Below are positions 10,310-19,870 of a DNA stretch of 58,272 bases, one piece after another. Source of the DNA: Bacteroidales bacterium (GTDB lineage: Bacteria; Bacteroidota; Bacteroidia; Bacteroidales; JAIPAH01). The notes beneath the pieces were generated by a model that did not search any database, was not told the origin of the DNA, and saw only the letters and a program-made list of their open reading frames with translations. Positions within the stretch are counted from its first letter, which is position 1; every line of letters starts with the position of its first letter. Location of the stretch: assembly GCA_021740175.1 (NCBI GenBank), contig JAIPAH010000002.1:1-58272 (forward strand). Reading direction: 5' to 3'. Position numbers and translations under genes: made by a program.

Positions 10310-12193
10310 ATGGCACATGAACAAAACATTAACAGCTATTTATTCGTCTTCTTCAAGTCCACTGAAAAAACAGATATTCAGAAAGGTGAGTTGTTGGCAT
10401 TAATAGAAATGCAGCATAATAATGTTATAATTGAATCATCAGAAATTGAAAATCTGGAAGGTGAAAATGACTTAAAATTCACAAATAATTCAATCATCGA
10501 TAAGAACAGGGATAAAATACTTGTTATTTTTTTGTCACAATCTGCTATTGTTTATACTTCTGTTAGGCTTGATATAAAAGAAATAATAAGAAGATCAGGT
10601 TATATTCATTCATGTGGTAAATTCATCTTCTTGTCAAAGTGGGATAATTTGAAGATCAAAGAAATAACAAACGATATAACTGCGTTTTTCAAAAAAGAAC
10701 AGCAAGAATACAAAGTACTATTTTATAAAGAATCTGATAATCCTATTAAAAACAAACTTGAAGGGCTCTTAATTGATGACAAACGCTATCATATAGAAAA
10801 TTATCATTTTAATACCGCTCAACAAAAAATTGAAATGTCTCTTGAAAATAATATAAAAAAACATGGAAAAGGATTCAAATCAGGAAATGAAAAAATATTT
10901 ATAATAAAAGAAAAAGGAATAGATAATAGTTCTCCATCAGTACTCTCTAATTTATATAATGACAGAAATATTATAGATTTTGCTATTGGGTATTTAAGTG
11001 AATACAAAAAAGATAATCCAATCCATGAATTAGATGAGGTAAAAGAAATGAAGCCTTTTTGGTCCGGGATATTTACAACTCCTCATAGGTTAATGAATGC
11101 AATGATTAATTTGGCAAAATTAGATGAAACTTCCACGGTTTTAGACCCATTTTGCCGTACAGGGACTATTTCAATTGAAGCCTCTCAAATAGGCTGCAAA
11201 TCAATTTCAAGTGATATATTTGGGTCTCAAGGTGCTAAAGATAATTACGATTTTTTGTGTTCTGGTTATAAGTTTTTCAAAAATACTGTTGAAAAAATCG
11301 ATAATCAAATTGATAATAACGAGCTAAATGAAGAGCTACAAAATAAAATTGGTGATGGCATAAAGGATAATAATAGGCAAGGATTACCAGTAGCTGATAA
11401 TGATGTGGCATTTAAAATAGAAAATTTTAGTAAAAGATTGCATTTTTACATTTTACGAAGATATGAAATGGAAAATAGACGGGGAAGTAGTTTTATTAAA
11501 CAACAAAACCGTAAGTCCAGAGATAAGAATGATAATGGAAAAAATCTACCAAATGAAGTTGATTTTATAAAAAGTTATATTAAGAATTCTAAAAATACAT
11601 TTGATTATACGCTTTGCGGGAAACAACTCAAATTATTCGAAGAACAATATAGAAAGACTAATGAACCTGTATTGAATTTAGATGTTGATACAAGTGGATG
11701 TTTTACTGATGGAAACTATTTAACTAAAAGAGTAGGTTATATTAATAAATCCGCAGAAAATAATATTTATCCTGTATTTAAAATAAATGATATTTGTGAT
11801 AAAAAAGATTTTTATAATATTGCAGAATCAACTATAGATGCAGTCGTCACAGATCCTCCTTATGGTTATGGGGAAGGAATAGATAAGGAAAAGGTAGAAG
11901 AGATATATAAATCATTAGTTGAAAAGTCTTTTTATTGGCTAAAACCATTTGGATATCTAATTATCTGTGCATTAGATAAAGTAAAAACTGGAAGAAAAGA
12001 AAATCTATTGTTTACTGAAAATATTCTTGAAATTATTAATGATATTGCAAAAAAAGAAAATGTTGAGTTTTTAATTAATGATGTTTTATCTACTAATAAA
12101 CATTTAAAAAATATATATTATTGGAAGAGTAAATATGCTTTAAACAGATCGATAATTGCTTTGCAAATTATTAAAAAAAATAAACAGCTATGA
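10310..12193 (+). CDS. SAM-dependent (D/N)PPY-type methyltransferase with large N-terminal domain and long insert
   Basis: Motif I VLDPFCRTGTISIEA (aa 277-291). Acidic motif II ..SSDI (aa ~300). Motif IV VVTDPPYGYGEG (aa 512-523). UPF0020/Trm11/RlmL-like or N6A/N4C DNA methylase. About 210 aa of low-complexity K/N/D-rich sequence lies between motifs II and IV. Confidence 0.7.
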   Translation: MAHEQNINSYLFVFFKSTEKTDIQKGELLALIEMQHNNVIIESSEIENLEGENDLKFTNNSIIDKNRDKILVIFLSQSAIVYTSVRLDIKEIIRRSGYIHSCGKFIFLSKWDNLKIKEITNDITAFFKKEQQEYKVLFYKESDNPIKNKLEGLLIDDKRYHIENYHFNTAQQKIEMSLENNIKKHGKGFKSGNEKIFIIKEKGIDNSSPSVLSNLYNDRNIIDFAIGYLSEYKKDNPIHELDEVKEMKPFWSGIFTTPHRLMNAMINLAKLDETSTVLDPFCRTGTISIEASQIGCKSISSDIFGSQGAKDNYDFLCSGYKFFKNTVEKIDNQIDNNELNEELQNKIGDGIKDNNRQGLPVADNDVAFKIENFSKRLHFYILRRYEMENRRGSSFIKQQNRKSRDKNDNGKNLPNEVDFIKSYIKNSKNTFDYTLCGKQLKLFEEQYRKTNEPVLNLDVDTSGCFTDGNYLTKRVGYINKSAENNIYPVFKINDICDKKDFYNIAESTIDAVVTDPPYGYGEGIDKEKVEEIYKSLVEKSFYWLKPFGYLIICALDKVKTGRKENLLFTENILEIINDIAKKENVEFLINDVLSTNKHLKNIYYWKSKYALNRSIIALQIIKKNKQL

Positions 12194-12570
12194 AAACATT
12201 TAGGTTAAGAAATAAAGTGGATAAAAAAATATTTTGGGGCGGATTAGATAGTAACAATATAATTAATGGATTAAAAGAACTCATTGATAAAATTGAGATT
12301 GTAAATGAAAACAAAATTAATATTGAATTAGATTTAGAAGGGGTAAACTCTATTGATCCATCATTTATTAAAAATGTATTTATTGATATAAAACAGAACT
12401 TATCTCATAAGCCTGACGTCAACTTTATTTTTAAAAATATTGAAAACGAGATGATTCTGTATAACTTAGATGCGTTATTTGAATATTATCATATTAGTGC
12501 CACTGCAAATAATATGTATGGAGAAGAAATTACTATAGGGGCCAAAAAGGATAATGCTGTGAATGTATAG
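12190..12570 (+). CDS. STAS-like (DUF4325-like) small protein
   Basis: ATGA overlap with the methyltransferase stop. IELDLEGVNSIDPSFIKNVF resembles the STAS/DUF4325 core. Weak call by eye. Confidence 0.4.
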   Translation: MKTFRLRNKVDKKIFWGGLDSNNIINGLKELIDKIEIVNENKINIELDLEGVNSIDPSFIKNVFIDIKQNLSHKPDVNFIFKNIENEMILYNLDALFEYYHISATANNMYGEEITIGAKKDNAVNV

Positions 12571-12634
12571 AAATACAACTTTATAAATATTTTTATAAAA
12601 GTTGTGATGAATATGAGATCTTAAAATGCATTTT

Positions 12635-14644
12635 TCATTTCGCCAGATAAGTTATCTGAGTATGTCTACATAGCCGCTTTTCTTGGTAGATTTCAGCTAA
12701 ATCAAAGGGGCCATCTGTTTTTTGGAAGAGGTCTAAACCTCTACCTAAAATAATTTTCCACCCATTATTCGTTTCAATGAATCTATCATGGATGCTATCA
12801 TCAAATTCATAAGTAAAATAAATCTCCATAGATTCAAGGGATTCCTGTATTTGCTTAAAAGATTCCTTAGCGTTTTCAAGGTATTCCTCGTTATTGTTAG
12901 TCACTAAGTGAAGCTTTACCATTTCTCCTTTTTCCTTTACATCTGCCACCAAGCGACAGAATTCCATGAAATTTCTCATTTGATAAGGCAATCTGATAAA
13001 AGGGTCAGTTAGTGTTATTTCTGTAGCGCCTTTTAAATAATCGGCAAAAAGCTTATAATATGAAATCCCTGTTTGGTTATCATGGATTATTTTTTGACTA
13101 TAATCTGGCAGTTTCTTTTTGGTATTTTTAGGCTCTTCCTTTTCCTCTGTATCAACCAGATCTTCCTCGCTTTTGTCTATTTGCTCAGGTAAATAATTCA
13201 AATACTCCAAAGTGTTTATGATTACTTTCTTGCCAGAGCTATTGATATTATATGAGAAGTCGACTGGCTCAAATGTTTCATCCATTTTAATTAGCTCTTG
13301 CTTAACCCGCTTTCTATTTTCAATAGCAAAATCAAAAAGCTCTTTCAGTTGATTTTCATCATATTGCCCGTCAGGATAAATCACTTTAATCAATCCGCTT
13401 ACTGTTTTGGCGATGGAATCTCTATCTCTACTGGTTAACGTGTCTGATAATTCGAAATATTCTTTATAAATGTTCGTATAATCTTCTTTTCTGAGATGTT
13501 TAAGGATCTCTGCTAAATAATCTACTATAAAACCGTAATTATTGGTAAACATCTCTGTTCTTAACTTATTGACTTCCCAGCCGGGCAAATAACATTGTAT
13601 TCGATCAAGAAAAGCTGAATCATGATATACATCAGGCAATGCTTCAAAAAGATCGCTGTGCTTCAGCATAAAGGCGACTGAATGTAAGGTATTACCCACA
13701 AAAGCCATCGAAGCATCAGCACCGTATACTTCAGTACCTCTTGAGAAGGATTTATTTGCCATGTAGTTTTTCATGATGTCTACAAGACCTTTATCGACTT
13801 TTTTTGTCGTCCCTGCAAATTCATCGTAGGCAACAACGTCCCAGTAACCAACTAAACCAATATCTCCAGTACTATTATTTACAAACAATTTGGCCTTAGT
13901 TACTTCCCCTCCACTAATTAAAATACCGTGAGGTGACATTTCAGAGTAAATATGAGATTTTCCTGTTCCTTTAGGGCCAAGTTCAATGAGATTATAGTTA
14001 TTCTCTGCAAATGGAACTAAACGGGTTAATTGGATAAATTTAGATCGCTTATTGAAATGTTCCGGGTTCAGCCCAATGGATCGCATTAGGAGATCCAACC
14101 ATTCATCAGTTTTAAATAACTTTCTGGCCTCTTTAAATTCTTCTATATCAATTTGAGCTACTTGAATGGGTTTTATACTTTCAAGTATCCAAGGACTTTG
14201 CTCTTTTTCCTCAGGAACAATATAACCCAATGTAACTATGCACCAAACCCCTGATGATAGAAGTTTTTTGTGTCTTTTAACAATGTCCGGATCAACAATT
14301 ACTTTTTTTACTCCAAGGTTGGCAAAGGCAGCTTCATACAAACCTCTCCTGTCATTCAATTTAACCGAAACCTTGTCTATTATTCTATGCGATCCCTTTT
14401 CTTTGATAACTGACTTAATATACTGGGCTTCATCCCGGTGAACAAAGTGCTCTGCGATAATCTTTTTTACTGACTCCACCCCTGCATTTATAGTTTCTTC
14501 GTCATCTGTAGCACAATATTGCCCCAATAAGTATTCTAAGACATAGGTTGGAACAACAGCATTCCCTTTAACTAATTTGGTAAGATCCTTTCTGACTACC
14601 TTACCGCCATAGTGTTCGTTGACTTTTTTATCCAGTGTATCCAT
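12635..14644 (-). CDS. brxL: BREX BrxL-like AAA ATPase, variant with MIT_C/PLD-like C-terminal domain in place of Lon protease domain
   Basis: The N-terminus LDKKVNEHYGGKVVRKDLTKLVKGNAVVPTYVLEYLLGQYCATDDEE and Walker A GPKGTGKSH match BrxL over about 470 aa. The last ~150 aa (TDPFIRLPYQMRNFMEFC...SIHDRFIETNNGWKIILGRGLDLFQ) resemble the MITD1 C-terminal PLD-like domain. Last gene of the BREX operon. Confidence 0.85.
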   Translation of the reverse strand: MDTLDKKVNEHYGGKVVRKDLTKLVKGNAVVPTYVLEYLLGQYCATDDEETINAGVESVKKIIAEHFVHRDEAQYIKSVIKEKGSHRIIDKVSVKLNDRRGLYEAAFANLGVKKVIVDPDIVKRHKKLLSSGVWCIVTLGYIVPEEKEQSPWILESIKPIQVAQIDIEEFKEARKLFKTDEWLDLLMRSIGLNPEHFNKRSKFIQLTRLVPFAENNYNLIELGPKGTGKSHIYSEMSPHGILISGGEVTKAKLFVNNSTGDIGLVGYWDVVAYDEFAGTTKKVDKGLVDIMKNYMANKSFSRGTEVYGADASMAFVGNTLHSVAFMLKHSDLFEALPDVYHDSAFLDRIQCYLPGWEVNKLRTEMFTNNYGFIVDYLAEILKHLRKEDYTNIYKEYFELSDTLTSRDRDSIAKTVSGLIKVIYPDGQYDENQLKELFDFAIENRKRVKQELIKMDETFEPVDFSYNINSSGKKVIINTLEYLNYLPEQIDKSEEDLVDTEEKEEPKNTKKKLPDYSQKIIHDNQTGISYYKLFADYLKGATEITLTDPFIRLPYQMRNFMEFCRLVADVKEKGEMVKLHLVTNNNEEYLENAKESFKQIQESLESMEIYFTYEFDDSIHDRFIETNNGWKIILGRGLDLFQKTDGPFDLAEIYQEKRLCRHTQITYLAK

Positions 14645-14646
14645 AA

Positions 14647-17142
14647 TTAAATATCATCAAAATCACTTGTAAATGAAATGTTTAAGGTATAATAATATTC
14701 TTTATAATGCTTCCATTGGTTTGAACCTTCAACAGGTTCTTCCAATATTAATTTAACACGCTGATTCTTATATTTACCACTTGCGTTGGCACTTAATTGG
14801 AATCGGTGTTTTACCTCTCGTGTTCTTTCCAGCCCTTCTGTTTTATCAAATTTGTAGGTGAATTGATCACTCAGAATAGTTCCATCGTCTGCATATAAAG
14901 CTGCCCGAATGGTTCTGGGGAGTGTTTTTTCCGTTACCAATTCGGTTTGTAGAAAGGATACAGCAAGCAAATTGGTAGTTATTTTATCTGATGACTTAAT
15001 CACGTCTATTTCAACTTGCTTGGTAGTATCTTTTCTTACCTTGGTTACTTTCACCAGTGGAACAACTATTTCTTGTAGGGTAGCCCCACCGTGCACATAT
15101 CTTGAGCCTGAACCTTTTACTCGAATCCGATTAATTGATTTTGGAATTAAAACTTCTCCTTTTCCGTTTAATCCCAGCTGCTCTGAAGTAAAGTGTTTTG
15201 TGCTCTTTTCACCATCAAGGTTCTGTCCGATGACATACCTGCGGGATTCTTTCCAAATATTCCCCTTCACCTTTCCTGCGGAGAAATCGCTTTCATCAAG
15301 CTCATGATTTTGGTATAAAAAGCCATGATCAGCCGTAATGAGCATATTATACCCATTCATATTGCTGATTTTCTTCACCACATCTAACAAATAATTGATT
15401 TCTGCCTCAACAGCTTCTGTTAGCTTGTCCTCTGAAGTTTTATCGTCACCTACTTTATCTATCCGGTTGTGAAAGATATAAATCAAGTCATGCTTTTTAA
15501 CAAAGTCCCTCCCATCTGTACTGGCATTCATAGCCATAAAATCCTCTGCATTGATAGCGGTTGCTTTTGCTTCTTGGTAATTTTCTAAAACATTTTTCCG
15601 GCCCTGTAAACCTGAAGCTGATTTACCATCCACTAAAACATTATCGCTTTCAGGCTCTATTGAAATATGCTTATGGGGTAACAAATTGGCCATTCCTAAC
15701 TGGGTGTATGATGGTAGACTTGTAACCATATAATTCATTTGACCTTCAAAACGTTTTTCGTTTTGTATTTTTCGGAAATATTCCCATCCACATTCATACC
15801 TCAGCGCATCTGAAACCACTACAAATACTCTCTGTTTTTTTGTAATAAAGCTTTTCACGTGGCCTGTAAAAAATCTGTTTTGAGAAATTTGGTGAATATC
15901 ACCCCACGAATCAATATTGTCGATGATTTTTTGCCAGTTGTTATTGAAATGGAAAAGCCAGTCGTTACGATAAACCTTTTCTACCTTATCAAGTAACTCC
16001 TCTAATGCTCGATTCTGTTTAGTTAAGCGATAATTATGAATAAACTTCCGGTAATCGTAGTCTATTTCGAAATAAGTATCCGTATAATTTTTGATACCTT
16101 GTTGGAATGATTCAATCTGATCCTGATTATGTTTTTTAACTAATTTGATGAGGTCATTTCCATATTTAAGACAGGCATAGAAATACTGATACTCATTATA
16201 CCAGTATTTGTACTCTCTTTTCTTGATAAACTGGTCAACCTTCCCATTAATATAAACTTCATTGATTATAAAATAAGAAAGATCGGAAATCACTTTTTGA
16301 TCGATGATTTCAAATAGGTCATCTTCTATAACATCATCAACTGTTGCTTCGTTAAGCTTGGCTTCCACGTTCAATTCGTCCGCAATCTTATTCGATAAAG
16401 CTTTAAATGATTCCCTGTAGGTGATTGAATCTTTCCAAACCGAGAGTAAAATTTTGGACTCATTTGAAATACCTGTCCGTTCTCCAAGCGAAAAGTTATT
16501 CTTAAAAACTTCAATTAGAAAATCATAAATAGAAGGATTGTCTGAAATATAATTGAATCGTCTTTCAATCTCTTTCCAATAAAATGATTTTAAGTTGTAG
16601 CGTTCTAATTCCTTGTTATACCTTTTACTTTCATTGGTGAAGGCAGTCGCATGAGCCATGATGAAAGAGGTTAATCCAATATTCTCCACCCCGAAAAGTA
16701 TAGCCAGCATTTTATAGCGGATGGCCTTGTGCTCATCATTTTTCCCGAGTAAATCTTTTAATTTCGCTCTTCTTTCCTTGTTAGCGAAAAACTCAATATG
16801 CTCACCAATGAGTTCTTTAAAATGAAATTCCAGCCCCACCTCCTGACAATACAGGGCTTCTTGATCACTATGAAAGACAAAGTAAGCCAATTCAAGGTCT
16901 AATAGCCAATTGTTGTGATGTTCTGGTTTATCATAAGGAAAATACAGCAGGAACTTATCTTTTGGTTTCTCTCTTTCGATGAGATGTTTTAAATAAAATT
17001 CGTTGTTATCAACCTCAACCTTTTCCACATCTCCTAATGATAATTCAGAGAATTCATGGTAAAGTTTTTTCTCTTTGTCATACCAAAATATTACTCGGTA
17101 ATCCTGAAATTTTTTATTTAGGTTTTCCGCTATTTTACTCAT
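14647..17142 (-). CDS. pglZ: BREX alkaline-phosphatase-like protein PglZ
   Basis: 831 aa. PglZ-type motifs VVVSDALRYE and ITADHGF. Positioned between pglX and brxL, with an ATGA overlap with the pglX stop. Confidence 0.9.
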   Translation of the reverse strand: MSKIAENLNKKFQDYRVIFWYDKEKKLYHEFSELSLGDVEKVEVDNNEFYLKHLIEREKPKDKFLLYFPYDKPEHHNNWLLDLELAYFVFHSDQEALYCQEVGLEFHFKELIGEHIEFFANKERRAKLKDLLGKNDEHKAIRYKMLAILFGVENIGLTSFIMAHATAFTNESKRYNKELERYNLKSFYWKEIERRFNYISDNPSIYDFLIEVFKNNFSLGERTGISNESKILLSVWKDSITYRESFKALSNKIADELNVEAKLNEATVDDVIEDDLFEIIDQKVISDLSYFIINEVYINGKVDQFIKKREYKYWYNEYQYFYACLKYGNDLIKLVKKHNQDQIESFQQGIKNYTDTYFEIDYDYRKFIHNYRLTKQNRALEELLDKVEKVYRNDWLFHFNNNWQKIIDNIDSWGDIHQISQNRFFTGHVKSFITKKQRVFVVVSDALRYECGWEYFRKIQNEKRFEGQMNYMVTSLPSYTQLGMANLLPHKHISIEPESDNVLVDGKSASGLQGRKNVLENYQEAKATAINAEDFMAMNASTDGRDFVKKHDLIYIFHNRIDKVGDDKTSEDKLTEAVEAEINYLLDVVKKISNMNGYNMLITADHGFLYQNHELDESDFSAGKVKGNIWKESRRYVIGQNLDGEKSTKHFTSEQLGLNGKGEVLIPKSINRIRVKGSGSRYVHGGATLQEIVVPLVKVTKVRKDTTKQVEIDVIKSSDKITTNLLAVSFLQTELVTEKTLPRTIRAALYADDGTILSDQFTYKFDKTEGLERTREVKHRFQLSANASGKYKNQRVKLILEEPVEGSNQWKHYKEYYYTLNISFTSDFDDI

Positions 17143-19862
17143 TTTATTTGTGATGTATCAATCCACTCAAAGTTTCTTACTTTGTCTTTTGTTTTCTTAT
17201 CATTAAGTCCATTTACTTCTTTTACAGCTTTTCCGAACTTGTTGTAGTTCACTAATACCCCATCATCTAAATCTATGTTGATCCGCTCTGTAGCCAATGG
17301 ATATAGTATCTCCCTGTCATATTCCTTAACTTCCCAAAGCATCTTATCAATTCTTTCATCTTCTTTTATGGCCTCTGTTTTTTCACGGGTACTTCCACTT
17401 ACCTTGAGTTCTTGTAAGTGTTCTTTTCTAATGCTCAATTTCTCCGTGAATTCTCTCAAATATTTATTCAAAATATTATTTATGGTATCGGGAGTATACC
17501 TGTGCATATAAATTAACACGTTGAAAACGCCATTAGGTGAAGAAAGCATCCAGTAAATAGGTCTCTTTTTGTACCGTTTAATATGGTCTTTATAAAAGTC
17601 TTTCATGAAATACTTACGAATAGGTTTCCCCAGAGAATCTTCCACAAAGGCGAGGTTATTTTCAAAATTTTCTTCTCCAAAGGTGACTTTCAAAAACTGA
17701 TGGAATCGACCCACTATATCGTCTTCAAACCATTCATCGTCCAATACAGGAATTACATTGTCATCATCGGGTAAAAAGGAAATTTCATTTTGAGGCTTTC
17801 CAACTTTTTCAAGGTAATCTTGCAGAGTTTCTCCTTGATTGGCGAGAATAAGTCCTTCTTTATCCAATGAATATCGCCCAAACATACATCCAACGGCATA
17901 ACTCACAAATTGGGCAATGACTTCATCAGCATGAAATATTAGTTGTCCATTTTCTATACTCGTTTCTTGTTGAAGTATTGTAATATTCTCTAATGGTACA
18001 TTAGGAGATAATTCATTTTGCAAACCATAAATTTCAATGAATTGTTGGTTTACTTTTTCTTCATTACGATGAAGTTGGAAATATTTATTTCTCCAATATT
18101 GTTTATAAAGATCAAATGATTCTTCTATATCTTGAGCTTTTAAGCTGCATAATTCATTTTTGGAAAAAAACCATGATGATTCTCTTTGGTTCCAATCGGA
18201 TTTAGCAATGTCAATGCAAGAAGATACAATGACTTTTAAATTATTATCATCAAATCCTGAGTATGGTATTTTTGAAACATCACCTACATTAAAAGTCAAA
18301 GTGGGGCTTAATACCTCAAGAAATGATAAAACAACTTTTGAGTTTAAAAAACCAATTAACTCTTCATTAGTACTATTAATAATAGGTCCCCTTGAATTTG
18401 GAATAAAACCAAACTCTTGCATTCTAAAAGCAGGGGCTCCAGAGCTAACATCACTGAAAGATATTCCTTCCATACAGTAATAGTTATAATTCCTAATATA
18501 TCTTGACCAACTATTTGTAGCTGGATCATTAGGATTGTTTATTAACCAATCTTTTATTTCTTCACCGTCATTTTCCCAATTTATTATGAAATCGTTGTTA
18601 CCATACCATTTTCTAAATCTTCCTCCTTTTGTCATAGGCAACCATTTTTTGGACTCTTTCAGATCATTTCTGCTTTTATTTGAGAAATCTAACTTTGAAA
18701 ATGAGACTTCGTGCCAAAAACGCAAAAAACGATTATTATTGCCTGTAGAAAGACCTGCTCTTGGTGGGTAAATATGTCTCAAATCTGGTTCTTTAGAAAA
18801 TGCTTCAATCTGCTTTCTGTTTAACCAATAACCGATTCGATAATCAGGTATATTCTTAAAATCATCCTGCAAGGCTGTGTACAACCATGAAGAATTTTTA
18901 TTATTTACTGCTTCTATAGCCTTTGGGGCTTGGTTTTTAGAACCTTTAAAATCACTTAGACGAATATAACTTCCTTTAGCTAAATATTCAGGCTGTTTCT
19001 TTCTTAAAGTAAATGTGCAAATTGGCACAGTAGCTCCTTCGAATCCTGAATATTCAAGTTGAACAAGATTATTTATGAAATAGTTATCAATAATTATTTT
19101 TCTTAACTCTTTATAATTAGAAATGAACATCCAAACAAAAGGAGTCATGTTTCCTGAAAGTCCATTATCATTGGCAAACTCAAGACACCTTATTATGAAA
19201 GAAGCAAATAAATCTGTTTTAGTTGCTGGAAAATACTTCTCCACATATTTTTTCAATTCAGCTTCCATTCGAGATGCATTAAGATAAGGTGGATTTGTCA
19301 CAACCACATCATAAGTTCTGGACAGATAATCAGCTTGTAGTTTTAATCGTTGCTGTTGCTGACCAAATAAAGACTCCTCCTCAGTTTTTATTTCCTCATA
19401 TTCCTCTCGATTGATTTTAATCAGGGAACCCAAGACTTTGGCATTTTTGAATTTGGGGTGGTTTTCGATATTTTGAAAAGAGGTAATATTGGGGTGAGCA
19501 CCTTTTCTAAGAAACTTTCTCTGATTTTGGCGGGCTTTCATCATTAAGGAAAAAGCAGCCATTTGTGCAGCCCTATCATCTATATCAATACCGAATAAAT
19601 TTTTTGTAATGATCAATTCAGGTATTTCTGATGGATTGTATCCTTCTTCTTCATAAATTTTATACAGGAAATCAAATGCATAACTGACTATATGTCCACT
19701 ACCCACGCAAGGATCAAAAAATTGAATTTCTTCAGGAGAGGTTAATTTCCTTTTGGGAATCAATTCTTCATTCTGAGGCTTGATATAGAATTGCAAATGC
19801 TCCGTTATTCTGGTATTTGGTCTTGCTTCCTTCCATAGTTGTCCTAATGTATTATCTACCAA
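17139..19862 (-). pseudogene. pglX: pglX 3' fragment (907 codons, from LVDNTLGQLW to stop) of the disrupted BREX methyltransferase
   Basis: Contains the catalytic VVTNPPYL motif and a long PglX-like C-terminal region. It has no start codon of its own and is read only as a continuation of the recombinase ORF 17139..21473. It joins seamlessly to the 5' fragment at 30096-30812. Confidence 0.85.
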
Positions 19863-19870
19863 ATACTGAA
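19863..19870. repeat. Junction core ATACTGAA (recombinase-proximal att site)
   Basis: On the coding strand ..AATTTTATTCAGTAT|TTGGTAGATAAT... The octamer is identical to the one at 30096-30103. Confidence 0.7.

Noticed and set aside
12635-13090. Lon S16 protease domain in BrxL
   Set aside because: I looked for a Lon-type catalytic Ser/Lys context in the C-terminal third and found none by eye. The region instead matches a MIT_C/PLD-like pattern. This needs confirmation by an HMM search.
14909-15307. 132-aa plus-strand ORF inside pglZ, and similar antisense ORFs at 14238..14441, 17275..18771, 20281..21098, 24180..25343, 26493..26846, 27116..27664 and 32165..32593
   Set aside because: All lie antisense within long, well-supported minus-strand genes and have low-complexity, Ser/Phe/Leu-rich translations typical of shadow frames.
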